A stretch of DNA of 64,000 bases from Ranitomeya imitator (lineage: Eukaryota). Under the pieces are notes generated by a model, which saw nothing but the letters and a program-made list of their open reading frames with translations, was not told where the DNA came from and did not search any database. Location of the stretch: the NCBI RefSeq assembly GCF_032444005.1, contig NC_091286.1, positions 19,344,001-19,408,000 of the forward strand. Reading direction: 5' to 3'. A program made the translations under genes and the position numbers. Below, in pieces: positions 50,611-62,604 of the stretch (position 1 is its first letter; each line of letters starts with the position of its first letter).

Positions 50611-52476
50611 GTAGCATAGTAGAAAGGGAGGCTTCATTCAATATTGAGTGACACATCAAAGATAGTTGAGGGATATGTAGTTTCTTATGGTCTCTTTATT
50701 CATTCCAGAATGTTCTGCGTTAAATTAAAAAGTCTACAGACCAAACATAAATAACATCTATGGTTTGACACCGTCAGAGATAGCGAAGGCACCTATCACT
50801 CCAGTCTGTACAACCTCAATCCCACTACGCAGAAGACCTGCTGCCCTTTCATTTTTGATCGTGTCGTAAAAAGAATCGTTCTCCATCCTATAAATACTCG
50901 CAACATGTAAAATGTCAAGAACTTGGGTCATAAATAAAAGTACTTTTCCAGAACATTGCGAGAAATCTCCAGAAACTTCCATGAAATGGCCCTTCAAATA
51001 GAAAAATACATTTCAGCCATGGTCACGGGGAAAGATGAATGAGACATTTGGCAGCAGAATCCGGCGGAGAAGGGAGCACATTAATACTTAAAAGGGGAAA
51101 GAAAAGCAATTGAGCATGGAAAAACTCCGCAGTTTGTTTCCTAATTTCAGTCTTATGAGTAATGGACGTTTTGGCAGCCGTCGAATATTTCTCTCTCTGT
51201 GACGGATACGTTTCATTATCCATTTCGGCGAGAATGGTTTATGGGGTTTTGGAGAGAGTTTCTTGCATCAAACTACTCTTGGTTCTTAAGGGGTTAAGCA
51301 CAGTATCAAGACCCTAATTTTAGTTCCGAGACCCTAAATTCAGCACTAAGACCATAAACCCGAGTACCAAGATGTTAAGGAGCAGCTATCAGTAAATGCA
51401 GCAGGGGGTGAAGCTTCCTACCAGAGGAAGAGTGTTTAGGACATGGTGCCCCACCACGTCTACTTGCTCCTCCTAGTCCCTCTTTTGTATATAAACATAT
51501 CAAATAATTTTTTCAAAACTATTCTGGAGATTTTTAAACTTAATGTGAGGTTCTTCCCCCCAAAAAGGTGCTTAATTCATACGGATTTCATACTTTCTGT
51601 GACCGCGACCGGGCTTGTGATGGAGGGGAACCTGGCGATGCCACCAGCGATTTCAGCCGGATGTTCACCCGAGGATGCACATTCAGCTGGAATGTATTGC
51701 AGCGTAGAGACCCGCTCGCTCCCTGCACCTCATGACACGTCACCGAACAATCAGAGGCCGACAGCTGACATCTGTGTGCAAGTTTCTGCCGCCGGTGCAC
51801 GGCAGAGAAGTCTTGTGCTACCTGCCACTTTCTCCATGAAGTCAGCTGCCGGCTTCTGCGCCAGTTATGGAAGAGGATGTCATACCTCGTGAGAGCAGGG
51901 GAAGGTGAGTAGATTCATTCATTTTGTTTATATTTGTTGGAGATGAGATGCAGAACACAGACATTATTACTGGAAGAAGTCAAGGATGGGGAACATTATA
52001 CCAGGATGGGGGGGTCGTATATTACTACAAGGGGCCCAAGATGGGGGACATTATACCATGAAAAGGGCCTAGCATGAAGGACATTATAGCAGGAAAGGGA
52101 GACATTATACGAAACTCCAAGATCCTAAACACAGGATTAGGACCCTGAACAAAATACCAAACCATATGATCTTGAACACTGTATATATGCTACAAGCTCA
52201 GTCCCGAAATATAGCACCAAGATCTTAAACACAGTACTGATCGATATAGTAGTACCGAGATGTTAAACTTGAGACAGTCCCCTGCTCAGGCTTATGGATG
52301 CTGGAAAACAACCTTTTTTGCAAGACCATAAACACAGTATCAAGATCCTACGCCTAGTAGCAAGACCTACAACTCGATACCAAGACCTTAAGCACAGTAC
52401 TAGGATCCTACGCAGTACAAAAGACTTAAGAACACATTACGAAAGACGTTACGAACACATTAACATGTCCCTAAAC

Positions 52477-53997
52477 CAGGGGTGGGGAACCTCAGGCCCC
52501 AGGGCCATTTACGGCCCTCGATGACCTTTTATCAGGCCCCCAAGCAGATTCTCAGGGACCACATTTTTGGACAGGGAGGTGTATTTGGATCGCCCCCACG
52601 TAAGGGCAATGGGGTACTCGATACCAGGTCCTTCAGTTCCCTTCAGTGAGGATGTCACGGTGGCCCGACCCGGACCGTGGCTCTATGAGGGGCGCCCAAT
52701 AAAAGGCAGAGTTCATAGTTAATGGTAGTGTTCGTGACGCCACCTGTGGTATTCGGTCAGGGTGACCGACGCTGCTTAGGGGTCCGCTGGGGTGATGGAA
52801 TGGCAGGTAGATGGTATACCTTCCCACAGGTGAAGTATGTCCCCAGGGCTTCCCAGAAGTGTAGATGGTGATGGTGCAAGGTGCGGCGAATAATGAGGAC
52901 ACAATGGGTGCAGTCTCTTTACCTTTACTGAAGGCTTCAGCATCCACAGTCCAGAGTGCCGGATGACAGGGTAGGCAGAGTCCGGCCGGTCTGATGGCAA
53001 TTCCAGAGTCCCCTTATCCAGGTGGAAATCAGTAGCCTTCCGCTTGCGCACAGCAACGCAGTAGGTCCCTACTGTCATTAGCTCTCATAGGGTCCTCACT
53101 CTTGTTACTTCTCTCTCTCTCTGTCCCCCAGATAGATAGGACATAACCCGTATGACGGTGGTGGCCTGAGGCTATTTTATAGGGACCCTAGCGTCGCCTC
53201 TCCTCTGCGTTGCCACCTTGTCTGCTTAGGTTCTTAGGTTGGACAGCCAACTTGGAATCGACTGCCCTGCCGGTCTCTGAAGTAAAGCGTAGAGTCTATT
53301 ACTCCCTCGGTGTTCCGGCCACCGGATCTGCGCTTCAGATGGAGGCAGCCTGCTTCTAGCTGGTCTCCCACTGATGTTTCACTCCTGTTGCTATGACTTC
53401 TGTGCTCACTCACTATGGCACACTTCCTTTCTTGTCCGTTCTTAGGAGGCTGCCGCATGGGTTGCAGATGCAGCTCCGTGTCCTTCTTTCCCTTTCCTGG
53501 GCCGAGCCCAATCTGCTCCTCTCCTCTCCTCCTCCTGGCTCCTTCTCCTTCTCCCTCCAGTCAGCTTCTGCCTCACTTCCTAACCAACCCCCAGTTTTAC
53601 CCAAATGTGAGGAGTGGCCTAATAGTTAGAACCTTTTGCTCCCCCTGGTGGCCGGCATGTGAAGTGTGTGTGTGGCTGTGATACCTGGCAGGGTGAACTC
53701 CTTTGGTGCCATCAGACGTAACATCGCTCCCCCTGGTGGAAGAACGACATCACTGCAACGACCAGGACTCTGGGGCGCTGCATATTTTGATTACAACCAG
53801 CTCATTAATTCCTTCTTGCTCTGTTAGCACACACGCAGTGTTTGCTACTGAACACTGAAGGGCATGCAATGAAAGATTACGTCCTGAAACCAGTGCCAGA
53901 GTCAGGAGGTACTTTGTTGGCAGAGTTTGTACGGCCCCCGAAGAATGGCATAAATATCCAAATGACCCTTGGCAGAAAAAAAGATTCCCCACCCCTG
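52477..53997. mobile_element. hAT MITE (~320 bp net) split by solo LTR B, 8-bp TSD CCCTAAAC
   Basis: CCCTAAAC|CAGGGGTGGGGAA ... TTCCCCACCCCTG|CCCTAAAC. Confidence 0.92.
52586..53782 (-). mobile_element. Solo LTR (copy B), TSD TATT
   Basis: TATT|TGGATCGCCCCC ... GGGGCGCTGCA|TATT; close paralogue of copy A. Confidence 0.9.
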
Positions 53998-55278
53998 CCC
54001 TAAACTCTAAGAGCTTAAAATCAGTACAACCCTAAACACAATACTACAACCCTAAACACGTGACAAGACCCGGAACAGAGTTTAAAAAACAAAACAAGAT
54101 AGTAATGCAAAGTAAAGTAAACTAAGTACTTGAATCCTAAAAACCAAGACCCTAAACACAGTTCTAGAATCATTACCACAGTACCAGTATCCTATATACA
54201 GTACCCTAAAACTGTGCCAGGGCCTTAAACGTGGCGCCATGCTGCAAGTATTCATCGCCCCCCCATTGTAGTTGACTGGGGCCCAGTAGGAATCCAGGGC
54301 ACCAGCTGTGTTGCATGTACTATCCAACAACGACCCTGTTACTCCCAGGATTGTCTCATTCCAGATCCCATATAGAGGGAGGGTTTACGCAAATTTTCAT
54401 TAGAATGAGCATTTATGGGTAATCTTGGGGTGTTCTTCAGTGGAACTTTTTGGGGTCTAACTGTATTGGTAGCAACCAGCATGGCCAGTGTTCCAGATCC
54501 CATGTGGGTCAACAGTAAGTTTTTCTAGATTAATGAATTGAAAAAGGAGTTTCCAGGATCAGAAAACGACGCCTGCTTTCTTAGAAATACAGCGCCACCC
54601 CAGTCCTTGGGCAGCATGCGGTATTGCAGGTCAGTCCCATCTCCTACTGCAGTGACCTGTACCAGTATAGTTCCATTTTTCATTCCTTACAGATTTTTTC
54701 TCTTATAGAGTTATGTCTAGTTCTAGGTTCCCTTTGTTATTTTTTTGGAGGCGTCTTCTTAGCAATGACGAGGGTTGTGCGTCCGGGCCACTTATCCGGT
54801 ATTACGCCGTCATTCAGGCTGGGGCGTGCGGGGCTTCATGGTAATCCGGAGGCTTTCACAATAAGCGTTGAATGAAACCAATGGAATTTGTTCACCGGGG
54901 AAATCAGAAAAATTGTATTAAACGGAATGAAATCTGCTGTGAAAACCCCAGGTGGCCGCGGCGCTGACTGCAAGACAAAAAGTAGAGAAATCCCGTCATT
55001 TCATACGATCCCTGCCGGAACGACGATGGAGGCACCACGAAGAATTACTGTAAAGGTCCCGGACTATGGTGGGATCAAGCTGCACGCTATGACGCGTGGC
55101 GTCACCATTCATCCCATGTAGAAAACGAAAAGCTTCTTCTTGGCATCCACTGATTGTGGCGGTCACAACTTGCATATGTCCAGCTGGGAGCTGAAGGTCT
55201 TGGGGTGCACTTACTTTCCTTCTTCATGTACTTGTATTTCGCTGCCGTACAATTCTGAGGTTATTCTAGACTCCTTAA

Positions 55279-55735
55279 AGAAGATGTCCACTACTTCTCA
55301 TACCCCTTCGCTAGGCCCCCATAAAATAATAAAGCCTATACTCGCCTCCCGTGCTGGCGCTGTTTCCTAGGTGTTGGCACTCGCTCTCCCTGGGGCTCCG
55401 GTGCGGTTATTGTGACATGTGACCCCATCGCCGTCCAATCAGCGATGGCTTCACTGTTCCGCCCCCTGTCAAATTGAGCAGGAAGAGGAAGTCAGAGATC
55501 AGCGTCAGCCCAGACTTCCTCTTCCTGTTCGATTTGTCCGAAGGCGGGGTCAGTGACGCCAGTGCTGATTGGGCGCCGGAGTCACATGTCACAACCACCG
55601 CACGCGAACCCCAGGGAGAGCGAGTGCTGACACCGCAGGAACGGTGCCAGCACGGGAGGCGAGTATAGGCGTTATTATTTTATGGAGGCCAAACATTTTG
55701 ATCAAGAAGGGGTTGTCCTGGTAGAGGACACCCCT
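55279..55735. mobile_element. T2/Kolobok-type palindromic MITE
   Basis: TTAA flanks; right end GGACACCCCT|TTAA, left end degenerate; internal inverted arms (TATACTCGCCTCCCGTGCTGGC / GCCAGCACGGGAGGCGAGTATA; AGGAAGAGGAAGTC / GACTTCCTCTTCCT). Confidence 0.8.
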
Positions 55736-55989
55736 TTAATCATTCAGTACACAGATTCCTCATTCATCCCCGCCATTTGTGTGTCTGGAACCTATGGCCG
55801 CTCGTCCCAGTGATGTCAGCACAGGACACATCTTCTTTTATGTTGACCGTAACCTTGTCACTCACTGTTCCCTAAAAGCTTCCCCTGGTGTTACTTTATG
55901 GTCTCCTCAGAAATCTCGTCAGCGTGACCTTGGCTTTCTAGTCTGCATAAAACTCATCAAAATGAGGAGACAAAGAGAAAGGACAGGCG

Positions 55990-56180
55990 AGCGATAATTA
56001 ACTATAATAATCTTATTAATTTCTATAGTTTCTATAACACCAACATACTTAGCAGCGCTGTACACTACAGAGGAGACTTGTACAGACAATAAAGACATTA
56101 AAGAATGACAATAATCACATAAATCTACAGATACCGGGAGGAGCGAGGGTCCGGCTGCTCGCAACCTACAATCTATGGAG
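55990..56180 (-). mobile_element. L2-type 3' tail fragment
   Basis: Reverse complement reads TAGATTGTAGG...GTACAGCGCTGCTAAGTATGTTGGTG. Confidence 0.55.
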
Positions 56181-56271
56181 GGGACACAAAATCTATCTAT
56201 TTATCTATCTAAAGATTATTATTAATAGATATTATTATTTAATATCTATTATCTATTATCTACAGTATCTA

Positions 56272-57692
56272 CAGCTGCTTCTCACTAAATTAGAATATCA
56301 AAAAGTGAATTTACTTCAGCTCTTCAATACAAAAAGTGAAACATTATATACAGTCATTACACACAGAGTGATCTATTTCACGTGTTTATTTCTGTTAATG
56401 TTGATGATTATGGCTTACAGCCAATGAAAACCCAAAAGTCATTATCTCAGCAAATTAGAATACTTTATAACACCAGCTGGAAAAATGATTTTAAAATCCG
56501 CAATGTCGTCCTACTGAAATGTATGTTCAGTAAATGCACTCAATACTTGGTCGCGGCTCCTTTTGCATCAATTACTGCATCAATGCGGCGTGGCATGGAG
56601 GCGATCAGCCTGTGGCGCTGCTGAGGGGTTATGGAAGCCCAGGTTGCTTTGATAGCAGCCTTCAGCTCGTCTGCATTGTTGGGTCTGGTGTCTCATCTTC
56701 CTCTTGACAATACTCTATAGATTCTCTATGGGGTTAGTTCAGGCGAGTTTGCTGCCAATCAAGCCCAGTGATACTGTTGTTTTTACACCAGGTATTGGTA
56801 CTTTTGGCAGTGTGGACCGGGGCCAATTCCTGCTGGAGAATGACATTTCCATCTCCAAAAAGGTCGGCAGAGGGAAGCATGAAGTGCTGTAAAATGTCCT
56901 GGTAGACGGCTGCGCTGACTTTGGTCTAGATAAAACCCAGTGGATCTACACCAGCAGATGACATGGCTCCCCAAACCATCACTGATGGTGGAGACTTCAC
57001 ACTAGACCTCCAGCACCAGACCTCTAGACCTCCAGCAGCTTGGATTGTGGCCTCTCCACTCTTCCTCCAGACTCTGGACCTTGATTTCCAAATGAAATGC
57101 AAAATTTACTTTCCTCTGAACACAACACCTTGGACCACTGACAACAGTCCGGTTCTTTTCCTCCTTGGCCCAGGTAAGATGCTTCTGGCGTTGTCTATTG
57201 GTCATGAGTGGCCGGACACAAGGAATGTGACACTTGTAGCCCATGTCCTGGAGACGTCTGTGTGTGGTGAAGCAATGACCCCAGCAGCAGTCCACTCCTT
57301 GTGATTCTCACCCAAATGTTTGATTGGCCTTTTCTTAACAATCCTTTCAAGAAGCGGAGTGTGGAGAGTGTCAGTGACGCCTTCTGGGCATCTGTCAGGG
57401 CAGCAGTCTTCCCCATGATTGTGGAGCTAATGAAACAGACTAAGGGACCTTTATAAACACTTAGGAAGTCTTTCCAGGTGTTTTTTGTTAATTATTCTAA
57501 TTTACTGAGATAATGACTTTCGGGTTTTCATTGGCTGTAAGCCATAATCATCAACATTAACAGAAATAAACACGTGACATAGATCACTCTGTGTGTAATG
57601 ACTCTATAGAATATAGGAGTTTCACTTTTTGTATTGAAGAACTGAAATAAATTCACTTTCCGATGATATTCTAATTTAGCAAGAAGCCCCTG
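56272..57692 (-). mobile_element. Degenerate Tc1 transposon with both TIRs
   Basis: TA|CAGCTGCTTCTCACTAAATTAGAATATC ... GATATTCTAATTTAGCAAGAAGCCCCTG|TA; minus-strand remnants MGKTAALTDAQK and CHIPCVRPLMTNRQRQKHLTWAKE. Confidence 0.88.

Positions 57693-57757
<65 letters not shown>
57693..57757. repeat. (TATC)n microsatellite
   Basis: Perfect TATC run directly after the Tc1 TIR. Confidence 0.97.
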
Positions 57758-57760
<3 letters not shown>

Positions 57761-58309
57761 CTCGGCTTTTCCAGGCTACTAGAGGACAGATCTCCGCAGT
57801 AATCCCCTATTTTACTCCAGATATATCTATGTAAAACAACAGTATCATTGTAACAAGCAGCGATACTTTCTGTTGCCAGGAATCTCCAATCTATTATGAC
57901 TCGTGCAATTGAACAATATTTGTTTGTCTTCTGTGTATCAAATTTTCCAGAAATTCAATTTCTATTTGGGCCCTTTATTACATTTGCAGCCTCGTTATTA
58001 CACGTAATTGGGGCTGGTTAATTATGGGCAGACATCACAATGACAAAATTACTGTCTGATTTCTGCTCTCCTCATTAGGGAGACCCTTGTGTTGTGTTAC
58101 TTTCTTTGCTACATTTCAGAATGTCAAATTTCCCTCATATTACATCTGCAATTTCATTATTTCCAACTAAGAAAAATCTCTGCAGCTAGTGACGTACAAC
58201 GATCTGTACAAAATCCAGATGGCAGCCCCATGTAATGTGAGATAACGAGTCTACACAAACAGCTATCTGCATAGTATACCGAAAAGAGGACACATGTACA
58301 ATGGCATGC

Positions 58310-58610
58310 AAGTTTGTGCACCCCTCGTATATTTTCATCTTTACATTCTAAAAAATTACGAGAAGGAAAATGCGCCGATGCAGAAGTTTGTGCACCCTGC
58401 ATGGTTGGCACCTGGTAGCGCCCCATTCTGCACGTATCACAACTTGTAAATACTTTTTGTAGCCAGACAAGAGTCTTTCAATTCTTGTTTGAGGGATTTT
58501 CCTCCATTCTTCCTTGGAGAATTCCTCCAGTTCTGTGAGATTCCTGGGGCGTCTTGCATCCTCTGCTATATTGAGGCCTCGCCACAGATTTACAATGATG
58601 TAATGGAATG
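58310..58610 (-). mobile_element. Tc1 transposase C-terminal fragment
   Basis: NLWRGLNIAEDARRPRNLTELEEFSKEEWRKIP...RLLSGYKKYLQVVI. Confidence 0.75.
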
Positions 58611-58680
58611 GAATTGTGATGAATAAATAAATGCTCACACGAAAATTGAATAAACAAAAATTAATTTACTTAATAAATAA

Positions 58681-60857
58681 TCTACTATATAAAGCTGAAT
58701 GTATGTGTGTGTATGTCCGGGATTGGCATCTGCACCGTCGCAGCTACAGCCACAAAATTTTGCACAGTCACACGTCTGGACCCCGAGAGCGTCATAGGCT
58801 ATATTGTGAGGCGAAATTTTAACCCCGCGCGTTCCAATTCACCAAACAATTTTGCCCCTATCTACATAATGGGGAAAAAGTGAAAGGAAAAGTGTTGGAG
58901 GCGTCGCAGCTACAGCAACAAAATTTTGCACAGTCACACGTCTGGACCCTGAGAGCGTCATAGGCTACGTTGTGAGGTGAAATTTTAACCCCGCGCGTTC
59001 CAATTCACCAAACTATTTTGCCCCTATCTACATAATGGGGAAAAATGAAAGGAAAAGTGTTGGAGGCAAATTGACAGCTGCCAGATGTGAACAAGGGGGA
59101 CTTAAAGAATGAGAGCGATGGCGCCAAAGAGTATATACCGTACAGTTGCTAAGGTGGGACCCCGACATGGGATACTCACCACACACGGGGATATGAACAC
59201 ACACACAAAATGCCCCACACACTACCACGTGCTTGAACACATACGGTATTACCCTCAGCACACATTTCACCACAAATACACCAACCTCGCCACATAAAAG
59301 TCAAAACACAAAAGTCGCCACTCAAAACTCGCCACGCGCAGAACTCGCCACATGCAAAAACTAGGCTCTTGCAAAACTCGCCACAAGTGCAAAATTCTCC
59401 TCATGAAAAACTCGCCACACGCAAAACTTGCACACGCGGAAAAATTGCCACATGCACAAAAGTTGCAACACATGCAAAAGTTGCCTCACAAAACTTGCAC
59501 ATACTCAAAAGGCACCACACATAATACTCGCAACGCGCAAAACTTGCTGCACACAACTTGCTACACTAACCTGTCACATGTAACTCGACACACAAAAAGT
59601 TGCTACACAAAACTCATCTCACAAAAGTCGCTACATGCATGTCGCCACACGCAACTCAACACACACAACTTGACAAACGAAACTCGCCCTAAAACACACA
59701 CAAGTCTGGTATTATCCTTCAAAAATAAAAATCTGATTAATAAGCAGACAAACTACAACAATTGCACCATATAGGAAATACGGCAGCTGTCAGTCACATG
59801 ACCTGTCTATTATGTGTATGTGTGAGCTAATATATACTGCCAGGGGGAGGGCTTCCTGTTGGCTGGGGATTTATCAGGCTGCCAATTTAGCTTACAAATA
59901 CTGAGGTAAAAATACTGAGCAAATAACGAGGTCTAATACAGGAGGAGATGACACACAGGTATATACTATATACAGGGGAGATGACACACAGGTATATACT
60001 ATATACAGGAGAGATGACACGCAGGTATATACTATATAGAGGAGGAGATGACATATAGGTACATATATATACAGGAGGAGATGACATACAGGTATATACT
60101 ATATACAGGAGGAGATGACATACAGGTATATGCTATATATAGAAGATGACATGCAGGTATATACTATAAGCAGGAGGAGATGACACTCAGATATATACTG
60201 TATACAGGGGAGATGACACACAGGTATATACTATGTACAGGAGGAGATGACATACAGGTATATGCTATATATAGAAGATGACATGCAGGTATATACTATA
60301 TGCAGGAGGAGATGACACTCAGATATATACTATATACAGGGGAGATGACACACAGGTATATACTATATACAGGAGGAGATGACATACAGGTATATACTAT
60401 ATATAGAAGGAGATGACATTCAGGTATATACTATATATAGGGGAGATGACACACAGCAGGTATATACTATATACAGGGGAGATGACATACAGGTATATAC
60501 TATATACAGGAGATGACATACAGATGTATACTATATATAAGGGAGATGACAAACATGTATATACTGAGGTGATGAGGTGAAAATGAGAGGTGTGAGGTGA
60601 AAATGAAAAGGTGTGAGTGCAAAATGAGGGAAGTGAGGAAAAATAGTGGAGTGATCAGAAAATGACAGATGTGAGGTTGAAATGACAAGTGTCAGGGGGG
60701 AATGAGAGGAGTGAGGGAGAAAATGAGAGGTGTGAGGGAGAAAATGAGAGATGTGATTGGGAAAATGAGAGGCGTGATGGGAAAATAAGAGAAGTGAGGT
60801 GCTATAACTAACCACAGATATTTACTATGCCCAGGCAACGCCGGGCTCTTCAGCTAG
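58681..60857 (+). mobile_element. Non-autonomous Helitron with internal duplication and minisatellites
   Basis: A|TCTACTATATAAAGCTGAATG ... GCCCAGGC-AAC-GCCGGGC hairpin ... CTAG|T. ~170-bp tandem duplication 58735-59070; ~35-bp repeat 59935-60560; GAAAATGAG repeats 60570-60800. Confidence 0.88.
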
Positions 60858-61077
60858 TAAGAAATAAACAGTTAAAATAACATTACATTATGGTAGAAGT
60901 GGATCGGGCTTGTCCCTGTGTCACTGTATCTCCCATCTCTCTTCCATCTGTGTGTCCTTACTAAAACTCTGTTCTCTTTTATATGTTAAACTACCCCATA
61001 CAAACTAATGTTAGCATTTGATCTTTATCATGGTCTGCCAGTATGAAACCCCCTAATGCAAAATAGATAAGTCTTAA

Positions 61078-62601
61078 GGTACCTTCACACATAACGATAT
61101 CGTTAACGATATCGTTGCGTTTTGTGACATAGCAACGATCTCGTTAAGGAAATCGTTATGTGTGACAGCGACCAACGATCAAGCCCCTGCTGGGAGATCG
61201 TTGGTCACTGAATAAAGTCCAGAACTTTATTTCGTCGCTGGACTCCTGCTGACATCGCTGGATCGGCGTGTGTGATACCGATCCAGCGATGTCTTCACTG
61301 GTAACCAGGGTAAACATCGGGTTACTAAGCGCAGGGCCGCGCTTAGTAACCCGATGTTTACCCTGGTTACTGTTATGATAGGCAATTCAGTAACACAATG
61401 TACATAGCGATCAGAGCACAGACAGTGATCTGACAATAACCCAAAATAATAGAACGAGCTCTGAGACGTGGAAACTCTGTAGACCGCAATTCCTGATCCT
61501 CTCCAAACACAACTAGAGGCAGCTGTGGATTGCGCCTAACGCTCCCTATGCAACTCGGCACAGCCTGAGAAACTAACTAGCCTGAAGATAGAAAATAAGC
61601 CTACCTTGCCTCAGAGAAATACCCCAAAGGAAAAGGCAGCCCCACACATATAATGACTGTGAGTAAGATGAAAAGACAAACGTAGGGATGAAATAGATTC
61701 AGCAAAGTGAGGCCCGATATTCTAGACAGAACGAGGATAGGAAAGATAACTTTGCGGTCTACACAAAACTCTAAAGAAAACCACGCAAAGGGGGCAAAAA
61801 GACCCTCCGTACCGAACTAACGGCACGGAGGTACACCCTTTGCGTCCCAGAGCTTCCAGCAAAACAAATAGACAAGCTGGACAGAAAAAATAGCAACAAA
61901 TAGCAAAGAAGCACTTCGATATGCAGAGCAGCAGGCCACAGAAATGATCCAGAGAAACACAAGTCCAACACTGGAACATTGACAGGAAGCAAGGATCAAA
62001 GCATCAGGTGGAGTTAAGTAGAGAAGCAGCTAACGACCTCACCAGATCACCTGAGGGAGGAAACTCAGAAGCTGCAGTACCACTTTCCTCCACAAACGGA
62101 AGCTCCCAGAGAGAATCAGCCGAAGTACCACTTGTGACCACAGAATTCACAACAGGTTACCAGCGTAAACGTTAAAAAAACAAACATTACATACTTACCT
62201 TCCGCTGCCTGTCCCCGGCGTTCTGCTTCTCTGCACTTCTCCTGCATCCTGTGTCAGCACCAGCCAGCCGGAAAGCAGAGCGGTGACGTCACCGCTGTGC
62301 TCTGCTTTCCGGCCAGCGCTTAGTGCAGAGGAAAGCACAGCGCCGGAGGACAGACAGCGGTAGGTAAGTATGTAGTGTTTGTTTTTTTAACGTTTACGCT
62401 GGTAACCAGGGTAAACATCGGGTTACTAAGCGCGGCCCTGCGCTTAGTAACCCGATGTTTACCCTGGTTACCCGGGGACCTCGGGATCGTTGGTCGCTGG
62501 AGAGCTGTCTGTGTGACAGCTCTCCAGCGACCAAACAGCGACGCTGCAGCGATCGACATCGTTGTCGGTATCGCTGCAGCATCGCTTAGTGTGACGGTAC
62601 C
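61078..62601. mobile_element. Palindromic PIF/Harbinger MITE split by a solo LTR
   Basis: TAA|GGTACCTTCACAC ... GTGTGACGGTACC; internal GTAACCAGGGTAAACATCGGGTTACTAAGC...GCTTAGTAACCCGATGTTTACCCTGGTTAC palindromes; right TSD not matched. Confidence 0.82.
61371..62154. mobile_element. Solo LTR (784 bp), apparent 6-bp TSD GGTTAC
   Basis: TGTTATGAT ... ATTCACAACA; GGTTAC at 61365-61370 and 62155-62160; the reverse complement of its right end matches the LTR start at 63934. Confidence 0.85.
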
Positions 62602-62604
62602 CCT

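Noticed and set aside
30696-53782. LTR copies A and B as the two ends of one 23-kb retroelement
   Set aside because: Each copy has its own complete, different TSD (TTAG vs TATT), B sits inside a hAT MITE, and no gag-pol lies between them
54880-55290. Minus-strand donor (AA|GTAAGT ~55212) and acceptor (TTGCAG ~54970) suggesting host exons
   Set aside because: The upstream 'exon' overlaps a MITE terminus and the joined frames give only short unrecognisable peptides
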